Of a stretch of 64,000 nucleotides of DNA, positions 25,138-34,495 are shown piece after piece. The first letter of the stretch is position 1. Each line of letters opens with the position of its first letter. The notes under the pieces were generated by a model. It did not search any database. It was not told the origin of the DNA and saw nothing but the letters and a program-made list of their open reading frames with translations. The translations under genes and the position numbers were made by a program. The DNA is from Gemmatimonadota bacterium (GTDB lineage Bacteria > Gemmatimonadota > Gemmatimonadetes > Gemmatimonadales > GWC2-71-9): positions 29,846 through 93,845 of the forward strand of contig JAHECL010000001.1 in the NCBI GenBank assembly GCA_024641745.1. Direction: 5' to 3'.

Positions 25138-25539
25138 CTATTTCGTCGCCGGGTGGCTCAACGTCCAGACGTAGGCCGCCACCGCCTTCACCTGGGCCTC
25201 CGAAATGGTGCTGCCACCCTTCGGCGGCATCACGATACCGCTCTTCGATTCCTTTGCCGGAACGCCCGTCGTGACCTGCTGGACGATCTCGGCGTAGCTC
25301 CCCTTGGAGTGGAGCCAGGTGCCGTCGGTCAGGTTCGGGCCGACCCCGCCCTTGCCGTCCGGTCCGTGGCAGGCGAAGCAGATCCCCGCGCCCTTGAAGA
25401 TCCCGGCGCCTTCGGTGACCATCGCCGGCGTGACGCCCTCGGGAAGCGATGTGGCAGCTTGCGCCTCGGCCTGGGACGCCATGCAGGCGCCCCAGGTCAG
25501 TACGACGACGATGGCGCGGGACAGCGGGCTGGCGATCAT
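25138..25539 (-). CDS. Periplasmic class I c-type cytochrome
   Basis: Signal peptide, a single CFACHG haem site, and a distal Met in GIVMPPKGG. Confidence 0.85.
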   Translation of the reverse strand: MIASPLSRAIVVVLTWGACMASQAEAQAATSLPEGVTPAMVTEGAGIFKGAGICFACHGPDGKGGVGPNLTDGTWLHSKGSYAEIVQQVTTGVPAKESKSGIVMPPKGGSTISEAQVKAVAAYVWTLSHPATK

Positions 25540-25550
25540 CGTGTCACCTC

Positions 25551-26759
25551 TCAGAACGCAGTCGTGAAGCCGGCGGTCAGCCGGTTCAGTTCGCGAAAGA
25601 ACTCATAGCCATATTCGCCGTAGAGCCGGAAGTTGCGGTACACCAGGTACCCCCCGCCCACGGCGATCGACTCGTACCGGTCCAGCCCGACGGGAGTGCC
25701 GAGCTTGACGTTCAGGACCGGTGCGCTGGCCTCGATGTAATTGTACAGCCCGTATCCATACCAGCGGCTCCCCACGGGGCGCACCAGGAGTTCGGCGAAT
25801 CCGCCGTCGGTGTCCACCAGGGGCTCGCCAGGGATGAAGTTGGCCTCGGTGTCGTTCCGGGAGACGTACTGCAGGTTCAGCTCGAACACCCCCGCGGCGA
25901 GGGTCGCATCCGCCCCCCACATGGTGATCGCATTGTTCTGGTCGGGGAATCCGTATGCCTCCCCGTTCTGCCGGCCCGTGTACCCCAGGAGGCCGAGGCG
26001 GACATGATCGCCGAAGTCACGGGTGAGATGCCCGAACAGGTTCTTGTTCGCGTCGTTGTCGTACCGGAGCAATTCGTTCGCAGCGGGAATGCCGTCCCCG
26101 TTGACCAGGGAGGCGGTCAGGGTGAAGCCGGCCAGGTCCGCGGAGGCCATGACCCCCCGGTCATAGGTGAGGTTCGCCGGCTGCAGCCCGACCAGCACCT
26201 TGTAGATCGCGTAGTCCTGCACTTCGAGCCGGAGCTCCCGCTTGTACACCGGGTCGGACACCTGGAACTGTCCGAAGACGAGATCGACCGGCGCACCGCC
26301 GATGTCGTTCCAGTGGATGAAGGCGTCTTCGACTCCCGCCACCTCGCCGCGTTCCGCAAGGAGGAAGTAGATGTAGTACGAGAGCTTCTTCGAGAGCGTG
26401 CCGCCGGAGAGGAGTTTGAGGTTGTAGGGCAGCTGGAAGTCGGTGGCCGCGTTGCCGTCGGCGTACAGCTGCGCGTAGGCGTCGAGGCGAAGTGCGAGCG
26501 GGAGGCTCGCGGGGAGTGTCAGAAGGTCATCGCCGGTCGCGATGGTGTCGCGCGGCTCTTCATCGAAGGCCATCCGGAAGCCGTTGCCCGCAAACTCGTT
26601 GCCGAAGGCAGTGAGTGCGGGGAAGGGATTGTGGCAGAGCGAGCAGCTGACCCGATACTTGCGGGCGAACACCGGCAGGGCCAGGAGTGCGGACGGCGCG
26701 GTCAGGGCCAGCAGCAGGGCCACGGAAGCGCCGCGGATGGCGGTGCGGGCAGACGGCAT
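25551..26759 (-). CDS. Predicted outer-membrane beta-barrel protein with an N-terminal CxxCH haem-binding motif
   Basis: The track ORF 25551..27227 is trimmed to the ATG at 26759 (GGAGGA 5 nt upstream; alternative start at 26786). Signal peptide ...LLALPVFA, then RKYRVSCSLCHNPFPALTAFGNEF. Alternating amphipathic strands continue to the C-terminus AGFTTAF, a terminal aromatic typical of OMPs. Confidence 0.6.
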   Translation of the reverse strand: MPSARTAIRGASVALLLALTAPSALLALPVFARKYRVSCSLCHNPFPALTAFGNEFAGNGFRMAFDEEPRDTIATGDDLLTLPASLPLALRLDAYAQLYADGNAATDFQLPYNLKLLSGGTLSKKLSYYIYFLLAERGEVAGVEDAFIHWNDIGGAPVDLVFGQFQVSDPVYKRELRLEVQDYAIYKVLVGLQPANLTYDRGVMASADLAGFTLTASLVNGDGIPAANELLRYDNDANKNLFGHLTRDFGDHVRLGLLGYTGRQNGEAYGFPDQNNAITMWGADATLAAGVFELNLQYVSRNDTEANFIPGEPLVDTDGGFAELLVRPVGSRWYGYGLYNYIEASAPVLNVKLGTPVGLDRYESIAVGGGYLVYRNFRLYGEYGYEFFRELNRLTAGFTTAF

Positions 26760-26857
26760 TGCTCCTCCACGACGACGGTTCGACATCCTCCACCCGAAGA
26801 ATGCCCGGCGGAGGATGAAGAAAGGAGGAACAGGCGCTGAAGAATGCTGGAGGGACC

Positions 26858-28144
26858 CTACTCGAACCGATGGAGCTCGACGCGCCGATTTCGTTCCCGC
26901 CCCTCGGCGGTCAGGTTGGAGGCGATCGGGTCGGCGGGGCCGTATCCGAGGGCCGTCAGCCGGTCGGCAGGGATCCCCGCCGCGACCAGGTAGGCGCGCA
27001 CTGACTGCGCGCGCGCCAGCGACAGTCGCTCGTTCACCGCACGGCTTCCGGTGTCGTCGGTGTATCCGGCGACCTCGATGCGCACCGAAGGCGCGGCGAG
27101 CAGCGAGGTGGCGGTGGCGCGCAGGGACGCCCTCGCCGCCGGGGACAGCTCGGCGCTCCCCGACTCGAAGGTGACATCGCCCAGCACCAGGCGCGCGGGT
27201 GCCGGCGGCGGGGTCGGTCTCGGACACCCCAGCGCCTCCACCGCCACACCGGGCGCGGTGCCGGGGCAGCGGTCCCGCTCATCAGGCACGCCGTCGCCGT
27301 CCGAATCGGGGAACGGCCGGCCCGCCGGGCACCCGAAGGGGTCGGTCTCGGTTCCCGGTGGTGTGGCGGGGCAACGATCGAGCGCGTTCGCCACGCCGTC
27401 GCCATCCAGGTCGGCACTGCAGCCGGTGAGATCCACCAGCTGGCCCGCCGGGGTGCCGGGGCACTGGTCACCACCATCGATGACGCCGTCTCCGTCGCTG
27501 TCCCGCGGCAGCAGGCAGCCCGTCGGGTCCACCGGTGCATCCCGCGCGGTGCCGGGGCACCGGTCCTCGGCGTTGGGGACACCGTCCCGATCGCTGTCCC
27601 GGGGCGTGAGGCGGCCGGCGTACACCGAGAGGCCCGCCTGGGCGCCGATGGTCCAGGTGCGATTCGCGGTGCTGCCCGGCTCGGCGAGGTAATCGGCGGT
27701 GCCCTCAAGGCGAAGTCCCAGTCGCGGGCCGAACCCGAACCGGAAGCCGACCAGCCCCCCCGGCCCCTCTTCCCGCAGGGCGAGCCCGCGGGAAAACCGG
27801 CTCTGGGAGTACCCGATGCCGAAGAGGGCGGTCGTCCGGCCCTGCAGCGGCAGGTGAACGAGCAACCGGCCGGTCACGCTGCTGGCCTCGACCGACGTCG
27901 AGTCGGGGAGGTTGCTGACGGAATAGCTGCCGGCCAGTTCCAGACTGAGCTTCCGGGTGACGAAGAACCCCACCTCGGCGCCAATCCCGATCCCGTTGTC
28001 GAGCGCGAGGGAATCGGGATAGAAGGAGTACCGTGCCATCGGGACGAGCTCGATGGTCGTTCCGTGCTGTGCGGCGGCCAGGCCTGGCGATCCGAACGCC
28101 AGGGCGGCCGCGGCGATCACGGCGGCGAGGGTGTGACGTGGCAT
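26858..28144 (-). CDS. OmpA-family outer-membrane protein with thrombospondin type 3 Ca-binding repeats
   Basis: Start taken at the ATG at 28144 (MPRHTLAAVIAAAALAFG). An N-terminal barrel, then four DxDxDGVxDxxDxCPxT repeats. C-terminal OmpA_C motif VAGYTDDTGSRAVNERLSLARAQSV. Confidence 0.85.
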   Translation of the reverse strand: MPRHTLAAVIAAAALAFGSPGLAAAQHGTTIELVPMARYSFYPDSLALDNGIGIGAEVGFFVTRKLSLELAGSYSVSNLPDSTSVEASSVTGRLLVHLPLQGRTTALFGIGYSQSRFSRGLALREEGPGGLVGFRFGFGPRLGLRLEGTADYLAEPGSTANRTWTIGAQAGLSVYAGRLTPRDSDRDGVPNAEDRCPGTARDAPVDPTGCLLPRDSDGDGVIDGGDQCPGTPAGQLVDLTGCSADLDGDGVANALDRCPATPPGTETDPFGCPAGRPFPDSDGDGVPDERDRCPGTAPGVAVEALGCPRPTPPPAPARLVLGDVTFESGSAELSPAARASLRATATSLLAAPSVRIEVAGYTDDTGSRAVNERLSLARAQSVRAYLVAAGIPADRLTALGYGPADPIASNLTAEGRERNRRVELHRFE

Positions 28145-28234
28145 CGGGGAAAGATACCGCCGCCCCGCCGCGCGGGCGATGGCGGGGGACACTAGATTGA
28201 GGGACGTTCATCGCATCCCTCATGGAGCCGGAAG

Positions 28235-29263
28235 ATGATCCAGGTCAATCCCCGTCAGCGGCGAGCCGCCGCCCTGATCATCCTGCTGGGCATTGCCATC
28301 GTCCTCGCGCTCTCCCCCTTCATGTCCGGGCTCCTCGCCGCCCCCGTCTTCTACGTCATCTTCGAGCCGCTCTATGCGCGGTTTGCCCGGCGCGCGAGAC
28401 CGTCGCTGAGCGCGGGGTTGACGGTCTTCGTGGCGGTGCTCCTGATCCTGGTGCCCGGCTCGTGGCTGCTCGCGATGATCGTGGGGCAGGCGCAGGATGT
28501 GGTGACCAGCCTGGTCAGGAGTCCGCTGCTCGGCCGGCTCCAGGACCTCACGATCGGTGGCTACGCCGTCGGTCCGGAGCTGGTGAAGCTGGGGCAGACG
28601 GTGGTCGGCGGCATCGGCCGCGGGGCGTTTGCGGCGGTCGGCACCGCCACGCTGATGGCGTTCAACCTCGCCATCGCCTTCTTCGTCCTCTATTTCATGC
28701 TGGTGACGGAAGGGCGGGCGTGGCTGGTGATTCGCCCGTACATCCCGTTCAGTACCGCGAGCGCCGAGCTGCTCCGGGAGCGGTTCCGCGCCGTCACCAT
28801 CTCGACCGTCATCGGCACGGGGGTGACCGCCACCATCCAGGGCGTCCTGGTCGGGATGGCGTTCACCGTGACCGGGCTGCCCAACGCCGCCTTCTGGGGG
28901 GTCGTCACCGTCGTCTTCGCCATCCTCCCGGTCGTCGGCAGCGGGCTCATCTGGATCCCGGCGGCGGTCGCGCTCTACCTCGAGGGCGCGCACGGCTATG
29001 CGATTGGGATGGTCGCCTTCGGTGCCATCGTGGTCGGGAACATCGACAACGTCATCCGGCCGATCGTCTTCCGGCGGTGGGCGCAGACCCACCCGCTCAT
29101 CACGATTCTCGGCGCCTTTGCCGGCGTGCGCTATCTCGGCCTCCTCGGCCTCCTCATCGGCCCGCTCGCGCTTTCCTACTTCTTTGAGCTCGTACGGATG
29201 TACAACGAAGAGTATGTCAGCCTCAGCGGCGAGGATCGGCCGTCGCAGACGCCCTCCGCTTGA
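28235..29263 (+). CDS. AI-2E family transporter (PerM/UPF0118)
   Basis: 342 aa with about 8 TM helices. GxxxxxGLPNAAFWGVV ... NIDNVIRP is the characteristic region. Confidence 0.85.
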   Translation: MIQVNPRQRRAAALIILLGIAIVLALSPFMSGLLAAPVFYVIFEPLYARFARRARPSLSAGLTVFVAVLLILVPGSWLLAMIVGQAQDVVTSLVRSPLLGRLQDLTIGGYAVGPELVKLGQTVVGGIGRGAFAAVGTATLMAFNLAIAFFVLYFMLVTEGRAWLVIRPYIPFSTASAELLRERFRAVTISTVIGTGVTATIQGVLVGMAFTVTGLPNAAFWGVVTVVFAILPVVGSGLIWIPAAVALYLEGAHGYAIGMVAFGAIVVGNIDNVIRPIVFRRWAQTHPLITILGAFAGVRYLGLLGLLIGPLALSYFFELVRMYNEEYVSLSGEDRPSQTPSA

Positions 29264-30177
29264 CCGCGCCGGAGCGCCCGTCCACCCTCCGCCTGGTCCT
29301 GGCCTGGGCGGCGGTCTACCTGATCTGGGGATCCACCTACCTCGGCATCCGCTTCGCCATCGAGTCGATTCCCCCCTTCCTGATGGCGGGATCGCGGCAC
29401 TTCCTGGCGGGACTGCTGCTCTACCTCTGGAGCCGGCTGCGGCAGGGCGTGCCCGCGCCGGCATGGGGAGACTGGGTCCGTGCCGCCGGTCTCGGCGTCC
29501 TGATGCTGGTGACCGCCAACGGGGCGACGACCTGGGCGGAGCAGCTGGTCCCGAGCGGGCTCACGGCGCTGATCGTCTGCACCTCGGCGCTCTGGCTGGT
29601 GCTGCTGGACTGGCTCTGGCGGGGTGCCGCGCGGCCGGGCGGGCGGACCGTCGCGGGGCTGGTCGCAGGCTTCGGCGGCGTGGCACTGCTCGTGGTGCCG
29701 GGAAATTTCGCCGGCGGGGACCATGTCGACCTGGTCGGCGCGGTCGTGCTGACCGGCGCCGCGCTGAGCTGGTCGGTGGGCTCCATCTACGCCATCAAGC
29801 TTGGGCGTCCGAAGCACGCCACGCTGTTCGTGTCCCAGCAGATGATCGTCGCGGGGTGCATCCTGGTGGCGGTGGCCGGCATGTCGGGGGAGTTGAATGC
29901 TTTCTCGCTGGCCAGCGTGACCACCACCTCGGCCACCGCGTATCTCTACCTGGCTGTGTTCGGATCCCTCATTTCGTATTCCGCCTATTTCTGGCTCATC
30001 CGGCACACCACCCCCGATCGCCTCGCGACGATATCATACGTCAACCCGCTCGTCGCGGTGATCCTCGGCTGGGGGCTGGCCGATGAGGCGCTCAGCGCCC
30101 GCACCCTGGTCGCCGGCGCCGTGATTCTTCTCGCCGTCGGCCTCATCACGACGACCCGCGTCCGTCGCACCGGCTGA
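29260..30177 (+). CDS. EamA/DMT-superfamily transporter
   Basis: 305 aa with ten TM helices in two EamA repeats. The TTG start overlaps the previous stop. Confidence 0.85.
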   Translation: MTAPERPSTLRLVLAWAAVYLIWGSTYLGIRFAIESIPPFLMAGSRHFLAGLLLYLWSRLRQGVPAPAWGDWVRAAGLGVLMLVTANGATTWAEQLVPSGLTALIVCTSALWLVLLDWLWRGAARPGGRTVAGLVAGFGGVALLVVPGNFAGGDHVDLVGAVVLTGAALSWSVGSIYAIKLGRPKHATLFVSQQMIVAGCILVAVAGMSGELNAFSLASVTTTSATAYLYLAVFGSLISYSAYFWLIRHTTPDRLATISYVNPLVAVILGWGLADEALSARTLVAGAVILLAVGLITTTRVRRTG

Positions 30178-30228
30178 CCGCGGTTGCGCCCTGGCGGAAG
30201 CGGGGCACCCTACGGGAGGGAGCGCACC

Positions 30229-30792
30229 ATGCCATCTCCACGACTGCACATCGCATTGCCGCCCTGGGTGGACCCGTTCGTCGACTGGGAGCGGCGCTAC
30301 GCGACGATCGAGGACCGGATGGACCTGGTCATCGAGCTCGGGCGGGAACAGGTACGCCGGGCCACCGGGGGACCGTTTTCCGCGGCGGTCTTCGAGCGGG
30401 ACACCGGATCGCTCGTGACCGTCGGCGTCAACCTGGCGGTACCCTCCCACAACTGTGTCCTGCATGCCGAGGTCGTGGCGCTGATGCTCGCCGGTGCCCG
30501 GCTCCACAGCCACTCGCTCCGCGCCGAGGGGATGCCGGCACACGAACTGGTGACCTCCTGCGAGCCGTGCGCGATGTGTCTGGGGGCCATCTTCTGGAGC
30601 GGCGTGGCCCGGCTGGTGACCGGCGCCACCAAGGGGGACGCTGAGGCCATCGGCTACGACGAGGGACCGGTCTTCGCCGAGTCGTATGCCTACCTCGAGC
30701 GGAAGGGGATTGAGGTCGTCCGCGAGGTCCGCCGGACCGGGGCGCAGGCGCTGCTCGCGGCGTATGTGGCGGGCGGCGGAGTCATCTACTGA
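30229..30792 (+). CDS. CMP/dCMP-type zinc deaminase (nucleoside/guanine/tRNA-adenosine deaminase-like)
   Basis: ATG at 30229 with GGGAGGGA upstream. Zinc motifs HAEVVAL and CEPCAMC. Confidence 0.8.
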   Translation: MPSPRLHIALPPWVDPFVDWERRYATIEDRMDLVIELGREQVRRATGGPFSAAVFERDTGSLVTVGVNLAVPSHNCVLHAEVVALMLAGARLHSHSLRAEGMPAHELVTSCEPCAMCLGAIFWSGVARLVTGATKGDAEAIGYDEGPVFAESYAYLERKGIEVVREVRRTGAQALLAAYVAGGGVIY

Positions 30793-31808
30793 TGGACGGG
30801 CTCCCGCGGCGCCGCCTTGGCCGGACCGACCTCGAGATCACGTCGCTGGGCCTTGGTACCTGGGCGATCGGCGGGCCGTGGGCGTTCGGCTGGGGTCCGC
30901 AGGAAGACTCGGATTCGGTCGCCGCCATCCTGCGGTCCGTCCAGTTGGGCATCAACTGGATCGACACCGCCGCAGTCTATGGACTGGGACACGCCGAGGA
31001 GGTGGTCGGCCGGGCGCTGCGGGGCGTGCCGATGGCCGACCGTCCGTATGTCTTCACGAAGTGCGGACTGGTCTGGGATGAGGCCGACCGGTCGAAGGAG
31101 CCATGGCGAGTGCTCGGACCGGATTCGATCAGGACGGAGTGCGAGGCATCCCTTCGCCGGCTCGGGATCGACCGCATCGACCTGTACCAGTTCCACTGGC
31201 CGGATGAGACGGGGGTCGCGGTCGAGGATTCGTGGGAGACGGTGCAGCGGCTGGTGGACGAGGGGAAGGTGCGGTGGGCCGGCGTCTGCAATTTTTCGGT
31301 GGATCTCCTGAACCGGTGTTCCGGTCGTGGGACGCTCGCCTCCCTCCAGCCTCCCTTCTCGCTGATTCGGCGCGGCATCGCCGCCGCCGAACTCCCCTGG
31401 TGCGGCGCCAACGAGGTCGGGGTGCTCGCCTACAGCCCGATGCAGTCGGGATTGCTGACGGAGCGTTTCTCCCGCGCCCGACTCGACGCACTGCCCGAGG
31501 ACGACTATCGCCACCGGGGACGGGAATTCACGGCCCCGCGACTCGAAGCGAATCTCGCGCTGCGCGACGGCCTGCGGCCGGTGGCCGCCCGGCTCGGCGT
31601 GTCCATCGCCGAGCTGGCCATTGCCTGGGTGCTGGCGTGGCCCGAAGTCACCGGCGCCATCGTGGGTGCCCGTTCGGCGAGCCAGGTGGATGGATGGATC
31701 GGGGCGGCGGCGGTCCAGCTGTCGTCCGAGGACCTGGACGAGATCGCCGCCGTCGTCCGGCGGTCAGCAGCGGGGGAGGGCCCGGATCGTCCGGACGTCG
31801 CGCGCTAG
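30792..31808 (+). CDS. Aldo/keto reductase
   Basis: LGLGTWAIGG, IDTAAVYG, DLYQFHWPD and IVGARS are canonical AKR blocks. TGATG overlap with the deaminase gene. Confidence 0.9.
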   Translation: MDGLPRRRLGRTDLEITSLGLGTWAIGGPWAFGWGPQEDSDSVAAILRSVQLGINWIDTAAVYGLGHAEEVVGRALRGVPMADRPYVFTKCGLVWDEADRSKEPWRVLGPDSIRTECEASLRRLGIDRIDLYQFHWPDETGVAVEDSWETVQRLVDEGKVRWAGVCNFSVDLLNRCSGRGTLASLQPPFSLIRRGIAAAELPWCGANEVGVLAYSPMQSGLLTERFSRARLDALPEDDYRHRGREFTAPRLEANLALRDGLRPVAARLGVSIAELAIAWVLAWPEVTGAIVGARSASQVDGWIGAAAVQLSSEDLDEIAAVVRRSAAGEGPDRPDVAR

Positions 31809-32536
31809 CGGCCGGGGGGAAAGATCGAGACGGCGGATCCGACAGCCAGGTGTGTCGCCTGCGGCTGCCGCCCGTTGAGGACGGCCCATTCCGGCCCGTA
31901 GAGGGCGCCGAAGTCCACCTCGAAATCGAGGGTGCGCACCGGGCGGAGCGCCCATTCCGGATGCTCGATGCGCAGGACGATCGGGACGCCCTTCCGGTTC
32001 CGCCCGTATGCCCATCGCCGCCCGAAGAGGTGGTGCGGGGCGTCCGCCGCCGAAGCCGGGATGGAGGTCTGGTCGGCGGTCATCCGCACGAAGTAGCGCT
32101 GGTCCTTCCACCGCCAGCGGTGTTCCACCACCAGTTCGTCCCCGAGGCTCTGCGTCCGGCTCTCGATCGGCGCCGAGCGAAACGGCTCGTTGAAGCGGAG
32201 GCGACCGATCGCCGCGGCGAGCGGACTGGGCACCAGTTCCCGGATGGCGACGACCCCACGCCGGTCGCCCTGCCGGACGTAGGTGCGGAAGTTGATCTCG
32301 GGAAAGTCCACGAACCCGGGAATCCGGCGGCCGCGAACCCGGGTGTCCACGAAGTCGAATGCGATGAGGGAGACCAGGGCGCGGCCGTCGGTCAGGTCGG
32401 GCTCGATGTCCCGCGGGAGCCATGGCCGGACCAGTGCGGCGTCCACCTCATAAGTGAGGAGCACCAGGTTGGTCCAGCGGGCCGTCAGGGAGGGACGCCG
32501 CCGTTCGGGAAGGCCGGGAGGGGGTAGGGAGGTCAT
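31805..32536 (-). CDS. DUF2071 (YqjF-like) protein
   Basis: 243 aa. ARWTNLVLLTYEVD...LVRPWLP ... SLIAFDF ... NFRTYV is the pattern characteristic of DUF2071. Confidence 0.7.
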   Translation of the reverse strand: MTSLPPPGLPERRRPSLTARWTNLVLLTYEVDAALVRPWLPRDIEPDLTDGRALVSLIAFDFVDTRVRGRRIPGFVDFPEINFRTYVRQGDRRGVVAIRELVPSPLAAAIGRLRFNEPFRSAPIESRTQSLGDELVVEHRWRWKDQRYFVRMTADQTSIPASAADAPHHLFGRRWAYGRNRKGVPIVLRIEHPEWALRPVRTLDFEVDFGALYGPEWAVLNGRQPQATHLAVGSAVSIFPPGR

Positions 32537-32638
32537 GGAGTATGGTCGTAGTATACTCCGGTCGTGTGCGGGGAAGCGATGCGTGCCGCGTCGTCACGGA
32601 CTGCAGAGGAGAATGATCGGGTGACCGAGCCGGGAAAG

Positions 32639-34495
32639 ATGTCCGTGGGCAGGCGGATGGGCCGGTGGGTATGGGGGGCGATCCGTCGCAGCCTCCGCCC
32701 GTCGGGGCTCGTCCTCATCTACGATCCCCGGTATGTGGCCCAGCTCGGGTCGGTCCCGATGGACCCCCTCCGGGCCGAGATGGTCCTCGCCTTTCTCGCC
32801 GACGAGGGACTGGTGCGCCGCCGGGAACTGCGCCGCCCGCAGCCCGCGTCGATGAAGAATCTCCGCCGGGTGCACACCGACACCTACCTCGAGTCGCTGG
32901 AGCGCCGCGAGGTCATCGAGCAGATCGTGGGCGCCCCGCTCACCGAGGCGGAGGCGCAGGGGCTCGTGGAACTCCAGCGCCTTGCCGCCGGGGGGACGGT
33001 GCTCGCGGCGGTCAGCGCGCTGCGCACCGGGCTGGTGGCGGTCAACCTCGGCGGCGGATTTCACCACGCCGCCTCGAACCGCGGGATGGGCTTCTGTGCG
33101 CTGAACGACATCGCGATCGCGGTGGCGCGGGTCCGCGCGCGGGGGTTCGGCGAACCTGTCCTGGTCGTGGACCTGGACGTCCACGACGGCAACGGCACCC
33201 GCCTCCTCTTCGCGGAGGATCCCACCGTCCACACCTTCACGATCCATAACCAGGACTGGGCGCCGCAGGAGGCGGCGGCGGCCACCGTGATACCCCTCGG
33301 GACCGCCGTGGGCGATGCGACCTACCTGAAGACGCTCCGGGAGGCGTTGCCTCCCGTGGTGAAGCAGGTGCGGCCGGGGCTGGTGATCTATGTCGCGGGT
33401 GTCGACGGCGCCTCCGATGACATGGTGGGCGACTGGAACATCACGGCGGAGGGGATGCTGGCGCGGGACCAGTTCGTGATCGAGCAGGTGCGCAGTGGTG
33501 AGGCCGAGATTCCCCTCGCCATCGTGCTCGGCGGCGGCTATGGCGGGAATGCCTGGCGCTATACCGCCCGCTTCCTCGGCTGGCTCGCCGCGGGGCGGCC
33601 GGTGGAGCCGCCGACCAACACGGCGATGCTGATCCGACGCGCGCAGGAACTCCATCGTCTCCTTCACGAGGGCGCGCGCGAGCTTCCCCCGGCCGCCGAC
33701 TGGGCGCTCAGCCCCGAGGACGTGGCGGCCCTCCAGCCCGGCAGCGGCATCGCGCCCCGCCGTCTCCTCGGTCGGTATTCGGCGCAGGGCGTCGAGCTCC
33801 TCCTGGAGCGGCTGGGCATCCTCGGCCAGGTCCGTGCCCTCGGCTTTGACCAGCCGACGCTGGAGCTCGACTTTCACCTCGACGATTCCGATACCGTCCG
33901 GCTCTTCGGCGACGCGGCGCGCACCGAGCTGCTGATGGAAATCCGCTTCCGCCGCGACCGGGCAAGCATTCCCGGCATGGAGGTGCTCTTTCTGGAATGG
34001 GTGCTGCTCCAGAATCCGCGCCGGACCTTCCCCTCAGGCAAGCACTCCATTCCGGGCCAGAAACATCCCGGCCTCGGCATCCTGCGGGACGTGATGGCCT
34101 GGCTGGTCGTGCTCAGCGGCGAACTCGGGCTCGATGGCCTGCTCTACATGCCCGCCGGCTATTTCGTTGCCACCTTCGGAAGCCGGTTTCTCGACCCGAA
34201 GGGGCAGGCTCGCCTCGAGGCGATGCGACGCGCCCTGGCCAGTCTCCGGCTGGTGGCGGCCACGCGAGCCGTCGAGGAGGGGAGGGTGGTGAACGCCTCG
34301 AACGGGGAGGTGGTGCGATGGGCGCCGGCGCCGATGGTGATTCCGGTGTCCCCGCGCCTGCGGGCCCGCGTGGAGGGGCCGGAGTACGAGGAGGCGCTCG
34401 AACGGGAACTTTCGACCCTGTCCTACCGATTGCGCCTCCCGGGCGAGGGAGAGCCCCGGCCTGGGGCCGATGAGACCGGCGGTCGGGCGCATTGA
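32639..34495 (+). CDS. Histone deacetylase/acetylpolyamine amidohydrolase-family enzyme with a ~300 aa uncharacterised C-terminal extension
   Basis: GGGFHHA, FCALNDIAIA, DLDVHDGNGT and YVAGVDGASDD are HDAC-fold catalytic/zinc motifs in residues ~60-330. The remaining ~290 aa have no motif I recognise. The start is uncertain (ATG 32639 versus GTG 32564). Confidence 0.8.
   Translation: MSVGRRMGRWVWGAIRRSLRPSGLVLIYDPRYVAQLGSVPMDPLRAEMVLAFLADEGLVRRRELRRPQPASMKNLRRVHTDTYLESLERREVIEQIVGAPLTEAEAQGLVELQRLAAGGTVLAAVSALRTGLVAVNLGGGFHHAASNRGMGFCALNDIAIAVARVRARGFGEPVLVVDLDVHDGNGTRLLFAEDPTVHTFTIHNQDWAPQEAAAATVIPLGTAVGDATYLKTLREALPPVVKQVRPGLVIYVAGVDGASDDMVGDWNITAEGMLARDQFVIEQVRSGEAEIPLAIVLGGGYGGNAWRYTARFLGWLAAGRPVEPPTNTAMLIRRAQELHRLLHEGARELPPAADWALSPEDVAALQPGSGIAPRRLLGRYSAQGVELLLERLGILGQVRALGFDQPTLELDFHLDDSDTVRLFGDAARTELLMEIRFRRDRASIPGMEVLFLEWVLLQNPRRTFPSGKHSIPGQKHPGLGILRDVMAWLVVLSGELGLDGLLYMPAGYFVATFGSRFLDPKGQARLEAMRRALASLRLVAATRAVEEGRVVNASNGEVVRWAPAPMVIPVSPRLRARVEGPEYEEALERELSTLSYRLRLPGEGEPRPGADETGGRAH

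Noticed and set aside
27200-27620. Apparent repeated DNA in the OmpA-family gene (possible tandem repeat or CRISPR-like periodicity)
   Set aside because: The periodicity comes from four protein-level thrombospondin type 3 repeats (DxDxDGVxDxxDxCPxT). The nucleotide copies are degenerate and in-frame, with no spacer/repeat architecture.
28160-28234. Short inverted repeat GAGGGA-N11-TCCCTC between the divergent OmpA and AI-2E genes as a possible operator
   Set aside because: The arms are only 6 bp in GC-rich DNA and there is no second copy or associated regulator, so it cannot be distinguished from chance.
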